Shown here one piece after another: positions 1-14,464 of a DNA stretch of 64,000 bases. Below the pieces are notes generated by a model. The model was not told the DNA's origin, did no database searches, and saw only the letters and a program-made list of their open reading frames with translations. Source of the stretch: Octopus vulgaris. Its lineage: Eukaryota. The stretch covers positions 59,396,001-59,460,000 of the forward strand of contig OX597825.1 of NCBI GenBank assembly GCA_951406725.2. Reading direction: 5' to 3'. The position numbers were made by a program, and so were the translations under genes. The first letter of the stretch is position 1. Each line of letters opens with the position of its first letter.

Positions 1-1400
1 CACCACGCTCTCACTAAGCAAGGGTAAATCGGCGGCACGGTAGATTTTAAGCGCCGCTACTGTGCACACATGAACTCTTTCTCCAATCAAAATTCTAAAT
101 TATCAACCTTCTTAGCAACGTATATACACAGCCTTAAATCTCAAAATATTCCATACACTCTATCCTAGTCCATAGTAAGCGAAACTCCCCTATACAATGC
201 AAACACTGGCAAGTGTAAGTTATGTCTAAAAGAATCATTAACCATTCTTCGCTTTCATAACTCTTCATTACTTAATAGATTCTCTGATGTTATTTATACT
301 TGTAAACGCAATTACTACTAATCTTTTATGCACTTTGCTAAATCTAAGTAATCCCATAATAAGGATCTATACCGAAAATAACCTTAAACTAAGACAAAGT
401 CAGCCAAGCAACCTACTACGTAAAAATATTACCCTCTCTTATTCTTTCTCATACCCACATTTCCGATTTCTTCCAAATTCTTCAAATCCACTACTTCCCA
501 CTTAGACTCCCCATCCTCCCCACTTTCAAAAAGTACTTAACATTACCTCACTCCTTTGAAAAACAACCAATCTACCTCTACCTCCTCCCTATTCGCATCA
601 TTCTATTCAATTTCATACACCTCTGTTTACCATAACACCCCTCCAATACCAGCCCAGTTCTTCTGTTCCATTAACAACTACTAGTTTGACCCCTTCTCAA
701 CAACCCCCACGCTATCCCCGTCCATCTCTTCTCATTCCTCTCTACATACATTACTAATCTCCCTCAGTCACTGAACCAGTCAACTTATTTTCCTCAAATA
801 ATGGCCATTCCCATTTTCACTATCTCAAACTTTAACGCTGTAGTCTTCATTCAAACTAATACAAAGGTCACCATTCACATATTACCTAAACTACTCTTCC
901 CTCTTCCTCCCACCTTCCACATCCACTACTATCTCTAAGCTCATTAATAAAGCCCTAACCCTGAAATTTAGCTTCTCCTTCCACTACTCTCTATCTAAAT
1001 ACCTTCCAACTCCTCCTTCTAACACACTTAGTACTCCACAAAATCATTCCATCTTTAAACTTCTTTCTGTCAACACCTCAAAAGTAAAATTCGTTCCTGA
1101 AGACGAAGACTGATATCCGATGATGGAATCAATTTACAATCATTATTTTGGACCACCAAGCCCCTAGAAACAACCTTGGACTCGTAAACCCCTTTTCTTA
1201 TTCAACCCCTATAATTCCTGATATAATTTCCATTCTGCTTTATATGTATACATAAGTACATCTTTCTGTATGAAATGTATTTAATAATAATTTGTATATT
1301 GACTTGCCTAACTTGCTTATACCTATTTAACTCCTCTACCAGCTCAAGTTTAAACCTCTTGAGCGCTACGAAGTGTATTCTATACGGAGAATATCTATCT
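1..1400 (+). mobile_element. Penelope-like retroelement 3' remnant (GIY-YIG endonuclease C-terminus plus 3' region)
   Basis: The frame from 43 reads DFKRRYCAHMNSFSNQNSKLSTFLATYIHSLKSQNIPYTLS*SIVSETPLYNANTGKCKLCLKESLTILRFHNSSLLNRFSDVIYTCKR. This fits the FKxRYxxH...T.L...W.I....Y......C.LCL.E...I......LLN pattern of Penelope-like GIY-YIG domains, with a stop where W is expected. A C/T-rich tail follows, ending at (TA)n. Confidence 0.75.
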
Positions 1401-1410
1401 CCCATCTGTA

Positions 1411-1482
<72 letters not shown>

Positions 1483-1490
1483 ATATATAT

Positions 1491-1687
1491 TTACTTTATA
1501 GAAGGAGCTTCCACAGGACTAGAACTGTTTCATTCAAATGAAATCTTCAGGAAGAGCTTCCAGAAGATTTCATTTGAATGAAACAGTTCTAGTCCTGTAG
1601 AAGCTCCTTCTATAAAATAAATTAATTTACTCTGCTATGTATTGAGTACCTTATTTACTGTGGTTAACCCCGACTCAACCCGGGACC

Positions 1688-1690
<3 letters not shown>
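1491..1690. mobile_element. Fold-back element: pLTR-like unit plus head-to-head inverted partial copy, inserted in (TA)n
   Basis: Arms 1491-1550 and 1561-1620 are reverse complements with 3 mismatches in 60 nt. The right arm continues to about 1690. TA repeats flank both sides. Confidence 0.8.
1554..1606 (+). ncRNA. Type I minimal hammerhead ribozyme motif (core variant CAGAAGA)
   Basis: Stem I GAGCTTC(1554-60)/GAAGCTC(1600-06); core CAGAAGA (CTGAAGA in the inverted arm); stem II TTCA-TT-TGAA; GAAA at 1580-83; stem III CAG-TTCTAGTC-CTG; cleavage triplet GTA at 1597-99. Confidence 0.7.
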
Positions 1691-1726
<36 letters not shown>

Positions 1727-1759
1727 TGATATATAGTATGTCTGTATGTGCGTGTACAC

Positions 1760-2093
1760 CTATATATATATATAACTGAGAAGGTGTGTGTGAGTGTGCG
1801 CATCCCTAAAACTCGAGAACTACCAAACGGATTTCATTCAAATTTTACACATGCCTTACTTAGGGTCCATGCAGTGTCAAAGGCCAAAAAATATTTCAAC
1901 TTCTTGCCTAATGTGACTCCGGAGCAATCTCTTATCTCTTACACTGTTTCCATATTAGGTGTCAAAAGTGAAACAATACCATTTCTATTAATACTTTCAC
2001 TTTTATATGGTTTCAATTTCAATCACTTCCATTATGTATCTATATATATTAGTTTCATTGCTATTGCTTTCAATATGTATTTATATATGTTTG

Positions 2094-2175
<82 letters not shown>

Positions 2176-2276
2176 CATACACACATACACTGGCCGCAGT
2201 TACATGAGTGAAACAAATAATACTGTATAAAAACTATGCCGTTTTAACCCCGAGCAAGGCCGGCTATCTCTGCTAG
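1760..2276 (+). mobile_element. Non-autonomous Helitron-like element
   Basis: Starts with CTATATATAT...AAC-GTGTGTG. Ends in a hairpin-like CCCCGAGCAAGGCCGG followed by CTGCTAG|T, the same terminal pattern as the copies at 19.5-20.5 kb and 32.7-34.3 kb. Confidence 0.65.
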
Positions 2277-2279
2277 TAT

Positions 2280-2312
<33 letters not shown>

Positions 2313-2460
2313 CATATACATATATATATATGTGTGCATGTACATATGTATATATGTATATATATACTACTAATATAGGATGAAGTCTTTTTACAGAAAA
2401 AAAATTCCATCAAAAAATGTGGCAGCATATCAAAATACCTTTACGGTTAAAATTATAAGT

Positions 2461-2542
<82 letters not shown>

Positions 2543-3152
2543 ATACACACGTGTTAGTGGGTATTTACCCCTGCACATATGTGTCCAACAGTACTCTAAC
2601 ACACAGATTATACACTCATAGAAACTTATACTCATATGTATGTATGTATATTTCTGTAGGTATGTGTTTATGTGTATCTGAGAGAGAGTGAGAGGGATAG
2701 CTAGCTAGCTAGATAGGTAGATAGACAGATAGGAGAGAGAGAGAGAGAGAGTGAATGAGTGTGAGAGAAAGAGAGCAATCTTCCTTGATCATCTTATTAG
2801 TTTCAGATGTCCTTAGAATGCTAGTAGGATTGGCTCTTCTTCCTTTCACTGGTGCTTTGAGGATTTAAAGCCATGGTGTGTTAGAATCGGCGAATAACGA
2901 AATTCTCAGGATCTTATAATGGTTAATATCGACCTACTGTTAGGCATTCAGGGAAATCACGAAGGAAAACCACAACCCGCTGCTCTTAATTCTTTTTACC
3001 CCTAAACATTTAATACCAGTTTAGGGCGATGTTCTGCCGGAACCAATTGGAATCAGAAGGGATGTCTTGTGCCAATTGTTCTGATCGTTTGCATTCTGAT
3101 TTCAAATCATGCCTTGGCCTGCTTGGGTGGAAAGTTATTCCATCATCTAAAG

Positions 3153-3606
3153 CAATAGTTCTCAACCAGGGTTCATATAAGATTTGGGTGGTGGGTGTCC
3201 ACGTAATAAAATAGTAAAGGGCCACCGAAAAAAAAATATCTTGCTTTATATGCGTATATTTGATAGAATAAGTACTAGGCTTACAAAGAATAAATCCTAT
3301 GGTTGATGATTTTTTTTCAACCAAAGGCAGTGTTCCAGCATGGCCGCAGTTACATGACTGAAACAGATAAAGCTATTTAAAAACTATACCGTTTTAACCC
3401 CGAGCAAGTATTGGTAGGTATTGCAAGAAACAACTAGGTCTCTTTCACTAATATTTTACGTAGATCATTCTACACAAATTAATATTTTGTGTATCGTAGA
3501 AGTACAACCGATTTGTTGCAGATAAATTTTAACAAAATCTTATATGGACCATCATGGATCATATAAACCTCCCATGAGCCACATGGATCCCAGTTGAGAG
3601 CCAGTG
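3153..3606. mobile_element. hAT (Charlie/Buster-like) MITE with nested repeat fragments
   Basis: Imperfect TIRs CAATAGTTCTCAAC / GTTGAGAGCCAGTG. The 8-bp flanks ATCTAAAG / GTCTAGAC resemble the NTCTAGAN target. Related to the element at 55336-56259. Confidence 0.55.
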
Positions 3607-3656
3607 GTCTAGACGACGAGCTGATAGAGTCACTCAGTCTCACATAACCATTTGGT

Positions 3657-3945
3657 GGAGGCACATGGCCTAGTGGTTAGAGCAGCGGACTCGCGGTCGA
3701 GGGATCGCGGGTTTGAATCTCAGACCGGGCGATGTGTGTGTTTATGAGCGAAACACCTAAGCTCCACGAGGCTCCGACAGAAGGTAATGGCGAACTTCTG
3801 CTGACTCTTTCGCCACAACTTTCTCTCACTCTTTCCTCCTGCATCTTGTAGCTCACCTGCAACGGACCGGCGTCCCGTCCAGGTGGGGAACTGAGAAACC
3901 GGCCCTATGAGCCAGGCATGGCTCGAGAAGGAACAAACAAAAAAA
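3657..3945 (+). mobile_element. tRNA-derived SINE, family B
   Basis: A-box TGGCCTAGTGG, B-box-like GGTTTGAATCTC and an A-rich tail. Homologous to 14465-14856 and 21480-21635(-); related heads occur at about 18365, 27610-27856(-), 30480-30588(-), 32425, 41068 and 43437. Confidence 0.8.
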
Positions 3946-3959
3946 AAAATAACCATTTA

Positions 3960-4489
3960 TGCTCATTTATATAAAATCACTCACACCCAGTCATAGAAAA
4001 TCATTTACATTCAGTCGAGTTGAATCTCTAACGCTCACTTATATAGGACTACACTTACTCCTTCGGAATCGCTGACAATCAATCATACGGAATCATTCAC
4101 ACTCAATCATGCACAATGACTTATTTTTGTTCACAAAAGATGAGTCACTTTTAATCATAGAGAAATCCTTACACTCAGTCGAGTCGAATCGCTTACACTC
4201 TTTTGTATAAAACTACACTCACTCATATAGGATCACGTCCACACCTACAAAATCACATTCACTCAAATAGCTTTCGTACTCACTCAAAGGGAATAACGCT
4301 CACTCTTGCAAAAAAATCACATTCTCTTATAAAGAATCACTCTTCACTCATACAGAACCACTCAAACCCGAATGCTGTTATTGCTAGAAATAGAATGAGA
4401 GAAAGAGAGAGAGGGGGACGACACAGAGACAGAGAGAAAGAAAAGAGAGAGAGAGAAGTACAGGGATAAAAGAGACAAACAGAGAAAGG

Positions 4490-4520
<31 letters not shown>

Positions 4521-4950
4521 CGCATTGCGGGGAAAAAGGGAGAGAGTGAAATGGAGAGAGAGAGAGTGAGAGAGGGGGGCGACAAACAAAGAGAAATAAA
4601 GAAAATTAGAGAGACGGAGAAGGAGAGAGAGACAGACAGAGAGACAGAGAGAGAGAAAGGGAAAGACAAACTAAGAAAAATAGAGAAATAGATAAGAGAG
4701 AGAGGGAGAGAAGGAGAGATAGAGGGAGAGAAGGAGAGATAGAGGAAGAGAGGGAGAGATAGAGGGAGAGAAGGAGATAGAGGGAGAGAGAGAGAGAGAG
4801 AGAGAGGGAGAGATAGAGGGAGGAGACAAACAAAGAAATAGAGAGACAAAGAAGGAGAGAGAAAGAGAGAGAGGGAGAGTGAAAAGGGGAGAAAGTGACA
4901 GAGTGAGAGAGAGAGAGAGAGAGAGGGAGGATGCAAGAGGGGAAAAAAGA
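3960..4950. repeat. Degenerate ~20-bp minisatellite (CACTCA..ATAGAATC-like) followed by a GA-rich low-complexity tract
   Basis: Recurring aatcactcacac/cactcaatcat units at 3960-4375, then (GA)n-rich sequence at 4390-4950. Confidence 0.7.
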
Positions 4951-5443
4951 CTAGACATTACATCGTCTGATAAAATTCCGAACCGTTATTTGATCCTCAA
5001 TAATATTCAAGATGACAGGAATCCTTCGGAAGACTACAATTCTTCCATCTCTGTAGGAATTCTTCTCAAATAACACATTATCACCCGACAGTTACCTTAT
5101 ATCAGCACCGCTTCCTTCTTTAGTGTTGGGCTTTGTAATGACGATACTGGTTACTGGCTTGAAGAGGTGAAAGGGTGGTGCGATTATGTGGTGCATGTGT
5201 ATGCGTGTATGTATCTATGTGTGTGTGTGTGTGTGTGGTGTGGAGAGAGAGAGAGAAAGAAAGAGAGAGAGAGAGAGGGAGGGTTCATGGAATTTGGTAG
5301 TGTTGGCTTTAATAGAACCAGAGACAGACAGATTGAAAGATAAAACGCATAAGGAATTTAATATTAATGAAATATTTTTGCCATTAAGATACGTCTTTAT
5401 CATTACATAGCTGTATATATATACAAACACATACATACAGATA

Positions 5444-5540
<97 letters not shown>

Positions 5541-5608
5541 ATAGATATAGATATATGTGGGTGTGTGTCTTTGTCTGTGTGAGTGTATAGTGCTTGCGTC
5601 TGTATGTG

Positions 5609-5676
<68 letters not shown>

Positions 5677-5876
5677 TGTATACAGACATTTATGTGTCTG
5701 TGTGTCTGTGTGTGTGTGTGTGTTTTGTTTGTTTGTAATTGACTGTTCTGTTATTGGTGGGTTCACCAAAAAAGAAACTCCATCCAATGAGAGAGAAATA
5801 TTTAACATATACAGGATTTAAATACGAGGTGCTATTAGTTTCATGCTGCGAAAACAATAAATTAGCAAGAAACATA

Positions 5877-5966
<90 letters not shown>

Positions 5967-6745
5967 TTTAAAATCTCTCTGTTAATACAGGTCTTTCAAT
6001 TCTTCTCAACCGATCAATGGACCGATTGAGTAAACCAATCTGAACGAAGAACCTATAATGTTTATCGAAAACAGTTGTAAGTCAAATTTACTAAAACGAA
6101 ACTTTATGTGATGACCATTATCTATATAACTTGTCTCGTACAGCATTCTCTCTCTCTCTCTCTCTCTCTGGGCCTTTATCGATTATATAAAATCCGTTCT
6201 GTGTGTGTGTGTGTGTGTCTTCTCGGATCTCGGGCATCCTCCATCCGATTGCACTCAAATTTGATATGTAGATACCGACGGTATCAGAGCGTGTATAAGT
6301 CTTGAAAAAATTACAAAAATCGATTCCAGATGAGAATGCAATCAATAAAGCCGTTTTTGTCCTGCTTTTCTTCCGTCAACCTGTACCTAACTGCACCTTC
6401 CATTTTTTGTTGTTTTTGTACTGCTTAAAGGCACATTTCTTTCCTGCCAAGCTTACTGTTTAAACCATGTTTGTGTTCTTCCAGTCAACAGCCTTATCAT
6501 TACTGGTACTTTAAACTTTTCGGTTGCATATTTGTGTGAATAAAATCGTTTTTCTTTGGAATAGAAAAAAAGTCTATCTTTATTTCTTCTTTTGCTGGTG
6601 TCTCAAATTTAGGTTGAATCAGTGTTTTTCAAAAAGGAGGCCTATGGGGCGGTCGGACAAGTTGTTTAGAGAAAATTTGGTTTAAATGTTTGACAACTCA
6701 GCACCGTCCATTGGACGGGTGACGTTTTGCTCATATATACATATA

Positions 6746-6803
<58 letters not shown>

Positions 6804-6843
6804 AGTGTGTGTGTGTATGTGCGTGTTTGTATGTGTGTGTATA

Positions 6844-6892
<49 letters not shown>

Positions 6893-6897
<5 letters not shown>

Positions 6898-8207
6898 GTT
6901 GGACAAAATAATGGAAACACCTTGTATCATAGCATCATAATTTTGAAATATCTATAAAACCGTCAAATGTTTGTTTATTTTAATGATTTTTTATTTATTA
7001 TTAGTGTTGCTTAATATGTTTTGCTAAAATTGCCGTTTCTTTTCAGATATCATCAGAAAAGGTAATTAAATTTCATTAAAACGACAGACCTATCGGACTT
7101 TCAAAGAGGTCAAATTGCTGATGCTCCTATGGCAGGCGCTAGCGTAACAGTCTCGAAATAATGGCAGTCTTTGAGAAAGAGGGAAAAACCTCCTCGGCGA
7201 CACAAAACTCCGGAAGAAAACCAAAACTTTCAGATAGGGATCATCGGACTCTTACGCGAATTGTTAGAAAGGATCACCCAAAATTACTGCAGAGCTTAAT
7301 GACCACCTCGAGAACCTAGTTTCCACAAAAACTGTTCGCCGGGAGATGCACGAAGCCAGATTTCACGGGAGGGCTGCAATCAGAAAACCTCTACTTTCAA
7401 AAACAAACGTTGCAAAGCGTTTAGAGTGGAGTAAAAACTTACAGAATTGGTCCCTAGAGCAGTAGAAGAATGTTATTTTCTCGGACGAACCATCCTTTAA
7501 CTTATTTGCGACCATCGGCCGAGTATACGTGTGGAGACAGCCAAAAGAAGCATTTGACCCAGACTGCCTTCTTCCATCTGTAAAATATGGACGAGGATCT
7601 GTGATGATCTTGGAAATCCGCCGGCCCAATGGTTTACTTTCTTGTCAGAATTAATAGTGTAGACTGTTCAAGCATTTTATCTGATCAAATTCATCCTATG
7701 TTTGTGGGACTGAACCCGGAACCATGTGCTTGGTAAGCAAGCTACTTACCACACAGCCACTCCTGCGCCTATGATTTTAAGCATTATATCTGATCAAATT
7801 CATTCTATGTTTGCGGAACTGTTTCCGGAGGGAAACGCAATCTTTCAGGATGATAATGCACCAATTCACACAGCTAGAGTTGTTACTGAATGGCACGAGG
7901 AACATTCTAGTAAAGTCGAACATCTTATCTGGCCACCACAGTCACCAGATCTCAATATTATCGAACATTTAAGGTGCATTTTAGAAAAGCAAATGAGTCG
8001 ATATTCTCCACTATCATCACTACTAGAATTGGAGACTGTTTTAACTGAAGAATGGACAAAACATTCCCTTGGAAACAAATCAAACGTTGTACGAGTTCAT
8101 ACCTCGTAGAATTCAAGGTGTAATTACTGACAAAGGCGGTCCTACTCCATATTAAAATAAATTTGTTTGAAATTTTAAGTTGTTTCCATTATTTTGTCCA
8201 ACCCCTC
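6893..8207 (+). mobile_element. Tc1/mariner DNA transposon, full length but decayed
   Basis: TIRs AGGGGTTGGACAAAATAATGGAAAC / GTTTCCATTATTTTGTCCAACCCCT with TA flanks. Transposase motifs VIFSDEPSF, FQDDNAPIH and WPPQSPDLNIIEHL are present, with stops and frameshifts. Confidence 0.93.
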
Positions 8208-8208
8208 T

Positions 8209-8264
<56 letters not shown>

Positions 8265-8350
8265 GTATGTCTGTGCCTGTGTGCGTGCGTGTATGTGTAT
8301 GTGTGTATGTGTGAATGTATGTATATATGTGTGTATGCATGTATATACAC

Positions 8351-8403
<53 letters not shown>

Positions 8404-8420
8404 CATATACATGTATATAC

Positions 8421-8960
8421 GCACTTGCCTCTACTTCTCCAACACCACCATCCTCACAGACACCCAACATCATCCCTATCATATCACTGACTCCTTCACC
8501 TGCACTTCTAGCAACGTCATTTACTGCATCTCCTGCTCTTTCTGTCCTTCTCTGTTCATCGGTCAAACGGGACGCCGCTTGGCTGTTCCATTCGCAGAAC
8601 ACTTCCGAGGTATTAGACTCGGTAACCACACCCCGGTCTCGCACCATCTTCGCTCTACTGGTCATTCATTACAACACTTGTCTGTGTTCGGATTGCCCTC
8701 GCACAGGGGCCATCTGGACTCCTGCCTTCACCGTGAACAGGAATTAATCTTCTCTCTTAGCTCCTTTGCGTCACATGGGCTCAACTCCCCTCTCCTCTTC
8801 ATCTGATACCCCTCCTCTCTCTTCTCTTCACTCCCACCCACCTCTCCTCTCCTATCTTGCCCTGACACCTACATCCTCTCTTCACTCTTACCCACCATCT
8901 CCCTTTCACCCTCTCCCTTCATCGTTACCACCTCCATCTACTTCCCAACTTTACACATCT
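8421..8960 (+). mobile_element. 5'-truncated Penelope-like retroelement (GIY-YIG endonuclease)
   Basis: Translation to 8806 gives [29 protein letters not shown]...FAEH...PVSHH...REQELIFSL...GLN, then a C/T-rich 3' region. Same family as 16770-18046. Confidence 0.85.
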
Positions 8961-10159
8961 CAAATTCCTCCGAAGTCGACTTTGCCTTCATATTTCTGGG
9001 GTTGATAAAATAAGTACCAGTTCAATACCAAGGTAATGCAATCGACTTAGCCTCTGCCCCCGAAACTGCTGGCACAAGGCCAGTAGTTTCTGGGGAGTAA
9101 AAAGTAAATTTTGAAACCAGTATATCTATAAATTAACTACTGAGGTTGGAAGTGAATAACTAATAAATTAACGACTAAAATTACATAATTAATAGATAAA
9201 TCAGTGCTAATTTATATGAAGAAATAAGAAATGTTGATTGCACCCGTAGTGAGCAGAAGGATCAATTTATTTCTGGTCATGAAATACGCGTGAGACAACC
9301 CCGAAAATTAATCAGCAGCTGTTGTTTAACGAAAGGTCACTCGTCATAGACAAAATGAATCTTAATCGAGTTTGAAAATGATTATTCAGTTGTTCGATCA
9401 AGTAAATCACTTCCTTACTGAATTAGTGTGTAACTGGTTGAGTATTCCACAGCTACGTGTATACTTAATGCAATTCTCTGGTTGAATCAACGTGACATTG
9501 CATGCAACAAGGCTGGACTATTGTATTCCAAGTGCAATCCCTCTTTCAGGTTTAAGCAAAGTTTCTGGCCACTGAATTTCACTCACAAAGCTTGAGTCGA
9601 CGACTCGATACTATGATAAAAAGACATGATAAAAAGACACTTGTCAAGATGTCATGCAGAGATATCGAACACGAGACTTCATAATTTCAAAGCGAACGTT
9701 CTTAACCATTCGTCCATGGTCGAATGGTTAAGAACGCTTTTAGATCAAAAGCATTCCAACAGTTTCTATGATGTGTTTTATCTATATCATGAACTACAAT
9801 ATCTAATATCTCATCTATATTTAAGCCAGTCAGTTACTTGTGGCTTGAAGTAGATTTAACTGTTATTTCTTACAAACCAAGCAACCGTGTAGAAATGCTT
9901 TCTTTGATTCTGAGACATTTCAGTTATGTTGGGAAGCAGTGTTAGAAGTCTGGAAGTACATATGGCAGACTACAGAACGAGAAAAACATCGAAGAAAGTA
10001 AAACTTTTAAATCACGAAGGAAAATCTTGAATCCCGTAAGACTTCGTTTTCGGTTGTCTTAACTTTTCGTTGCCAGATGTTTTGACATATTGCTCAACAG
10101 ATGCCAACAAAAGAACCGCAGATGGTTTTTATTATCTCTTTTACCTCATATGTTCTGTC

Positions 10160-11400
<1,241 letters not shown>

Positions 11401-12393
11401 AATAATTGTAATCATAATTCTTTCTACTATAGAAACAAAGCCAACAGCTTGTGCAGAGAGGAAGAAGTCGATTACGTTGCCCTCGGCGGAAATAGATCTC
11501 TGAAGACGGACGAAATGCCACTAAGCGTTTTGTCCAGCGTGCTAATGGTTCTGCCAGCTCGCAGAATAATGGTTTCTGATTTTAGGCACAAGCTTAAAAA
11601 TTTCAATGGGAGATCGTTTATCGATACCATCGACCCTAGTACTTAACTGGTACTTTATAAAGATTATATGCACCCAATAAAGGTGAAGAAAATATTATTT
11701 TTAGATGAAAAGGCCTTTTATTTTCACCAATTTCACCAATTAATGATAATTTGCTGCTCTGTTTTCCAGTCCGTCGGTAGTTAAATCCGACTCTTGTTGA
11801 GTGCTAGAAGACTGGTGGGAAAAAAGGAGAGTGAGAAGAGTAAGAGTCTAAACGAGTGTGTAATTTCTCGCATAACGTGCATCCTCCGTCAACGCCGAAA
11901 AAAACAAAACAAAAGAAATAAGAACTGAATTTGAATTTATACATATTGAAAAGTTGCACGAAGGTCAGAGAACAATTGAAAGTAATGGGTTTATCTCTCT
12001 TGCACTGTATTTAACCTAAGAATGTTAACTTAAACAGTAGAACTTATCTAAGCGTGATAGTTAACTCTCGTAAATTCCTAGGCTAAAAACCAAGAACTAT
12101 AAGAAAAAAACTGGTAGTAAAATGTATATTCGATTTCGAATCCTGGCTTAGAATCTAAGAAGCTCGTTGTACTTTTGTCTTCGAAGTAAAAGATTCAGAA
12201 ATTAATGTATGTTAAGCGTCAGAAATTAATGTTACAAGGCATTTCTTCTTGGGTCGACTCCAAAGACTACAACTTTTCTCTACAAAACCGGTCATTCTCT
12301 TCTCTCATGTATTCTTTTAATGGTTTCGGTCGTAGGACTGCGACCATGCTGGAGCACCGCCTTAATTTATTTTCTTGTATATTGTATATATAT

Positions 12394-12794
12394 AGGCGTA
12401 GGAGTGGCTGTGTGGTAAGTAGCTTGCTTACGAACCACATGGTTCCGAGTTCAGTCCCACTGCGTGGCACCTTGGGCAAGTGTCTTCTACTATAGCCTCG
12501 GGCCGATCAAAGCCTTGTGAGTGGATTTGGTAGAGAGAAACTAAAAGAAGCCCGTCGTATATATGTATGTGTGTGCATACGTTTGTGTGACTGTGTTTGT
12601 TATCCCCTCAACATCGCTTGACAACCGATACCGGTGTGTTTACGTCTCCGTCACTTAGCGGTTCGGCAAAAGAGACCGATAGAATAAGTACTAGGCTTTC
12701 AAAGAATAAGTCCTGGAGTCGATTTGCTTGACTAAAGGCGGTGCTCCAGCATGGCCACAGTCAAATGACTGAAACAAGTAAGAGTAAAAGAGTA
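12394..12794 (+). mobile_element. tRNA-derived SINE, family A (full length)
   Basis: Head AGGCGTAGGAGTGGCTGTGTGGTAAG...GGTTCCGAGTTCAGTCCC, internal (TG)n and tail GACTGAAACAAGTAAGAGT. Other copies at about 13541-13935(-), 22570-22995(-), 41472, 44593-45000, 51095-51473(-), 55456-55833(-) and 62940-63352. Confidence 0.88.
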
Positions 12795-13470
12795 TACGTT
12801 CATACATTGGAGCATTGATACCTACCTACCTACCTACCTACCTACCTACCTACCTACCTACCTACCTACCTGCCTGCCTACCTACCTACGTACCTACCTA
12901 CCTACCTACCTATTTGTCGCATTGCCTTCGACAGGGAACCGGATCGATCACACTTCCTTGTGTTCCTGCCTTTCCCTTGTTTTTAGTCCTTTAGGACATT
13001 TTCATTACTCCACATTTGCCTATCTGCCAGCCCACGGCATTTTTTTTGTTGTTGTATATGTATCATTATTATTATTATTTTTTTGTTGTCTTCACCTGGC
13101 CTTAAGCTATAATTTTTTTTTTCTTTTCATCCCTCGTCCGTCCACTAACAGTCTCCTCTCGAATTACTCTTATCCATTTTCATATGTCCATTTCCGTATT
13201 TCTTGTTCATCCTTGTTTGTCAATCGCGTTTTGTTTTGTTATGTTTTGGTCGCATTTCCAGCAAGTTTTCTTGTTGGTTGCCTTCTGAGTGGAAGTAATG
13301 TTAACGATAATAGCACCAAATTGCGTTTGGCACCATGACCGATAACCGATGTGGAGTTGATGACCTTCTGTGTATGCCCTTGGTTCGTTTGTGCATTTAG
13401 TATATGCTTTCAACTTGACCTTCTTTGATTTTTCCCGTTTATTTGTTTATTGCCATGCGTGTTTGATTTC

Positions 13471-13540
<70 letters not shown>

Positions 13541-13543
<3 letters not shown>

Positions 13544-13935
13544 TCTTTTTACCTTTTTACTTGTTTCAGTCATTTGACTGTGGCCATGCTGGAGCACCGC
13601 CTGTTTTTAGTCGATCAAATCGACCTCAGGAATTATTCTTTGTAAGCCTAGTACTTATTCTATCGGTCTCTTTTACCGAACTGCTAGGTTACGGGGACGT
13701 AAACACACCAACATCGGTTGTCAAGCGATGTTTGGGGGACAAACACATACACACACATAGATATATACACATATACGACGGACTTCTTCAGTTTCCGTCT
13801 ACCAAATCCACTCACAAGGATTTGGTCGGCCCAAGGCTATAGTAGAAAACACTTACCCAAGGTGCTAGGCAGTGGGACTGAACCCGGAACCATGTGGTTG
13901 GTATGCAAGCTACTTACCACACAGCCACTCCTACG
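13541..13935 (-). mobile_element. tRNA-derived SINE, family A (full length, inverted relative to the 12394 copy)
   Basis: Reverse complement of the 12394-12794 element along its whole length. Confidence 0.88.
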
Positions 13936-13958
13936 ATTATACATACATACATGCATAC

Positions 13959-14013
<55 letters not shown>

Positions 14014-14464
14014 CATACATACGTACATACATACACGCACACACGTGTACATATATACATACTTACGCACAGAAACGCACACATTCATATACATACATAT
14101 ATACATACATTCACACATTCACTCGCACATGCGCACTCACTCACTTACCCGCCCACTCCCTCCCTCCCTCCCTCCCTCCCTCTCTCTCACACACACCTGT
14201 GCGTACATACAGGCACACTCACTCACACACACACACACACATACATTCATAATGTACTTTGAATTCTAGGTTAATGCCGATTGGACTTATTTTAATTCAC
14301 TAATGCTCTTGAACTATTCTTAATTAGCATGTGAAGAGCCCTTCCTCTCAATTAAATTTTTAATTACAATGCCTCAAATATTTGAAACTGAGAGTTCTTC
14401 ACTGAAGAGTCCACGGCAATTCACTGGCATTAAACCGGGAGAAGGATTACGTCTAGTTCTCAAT

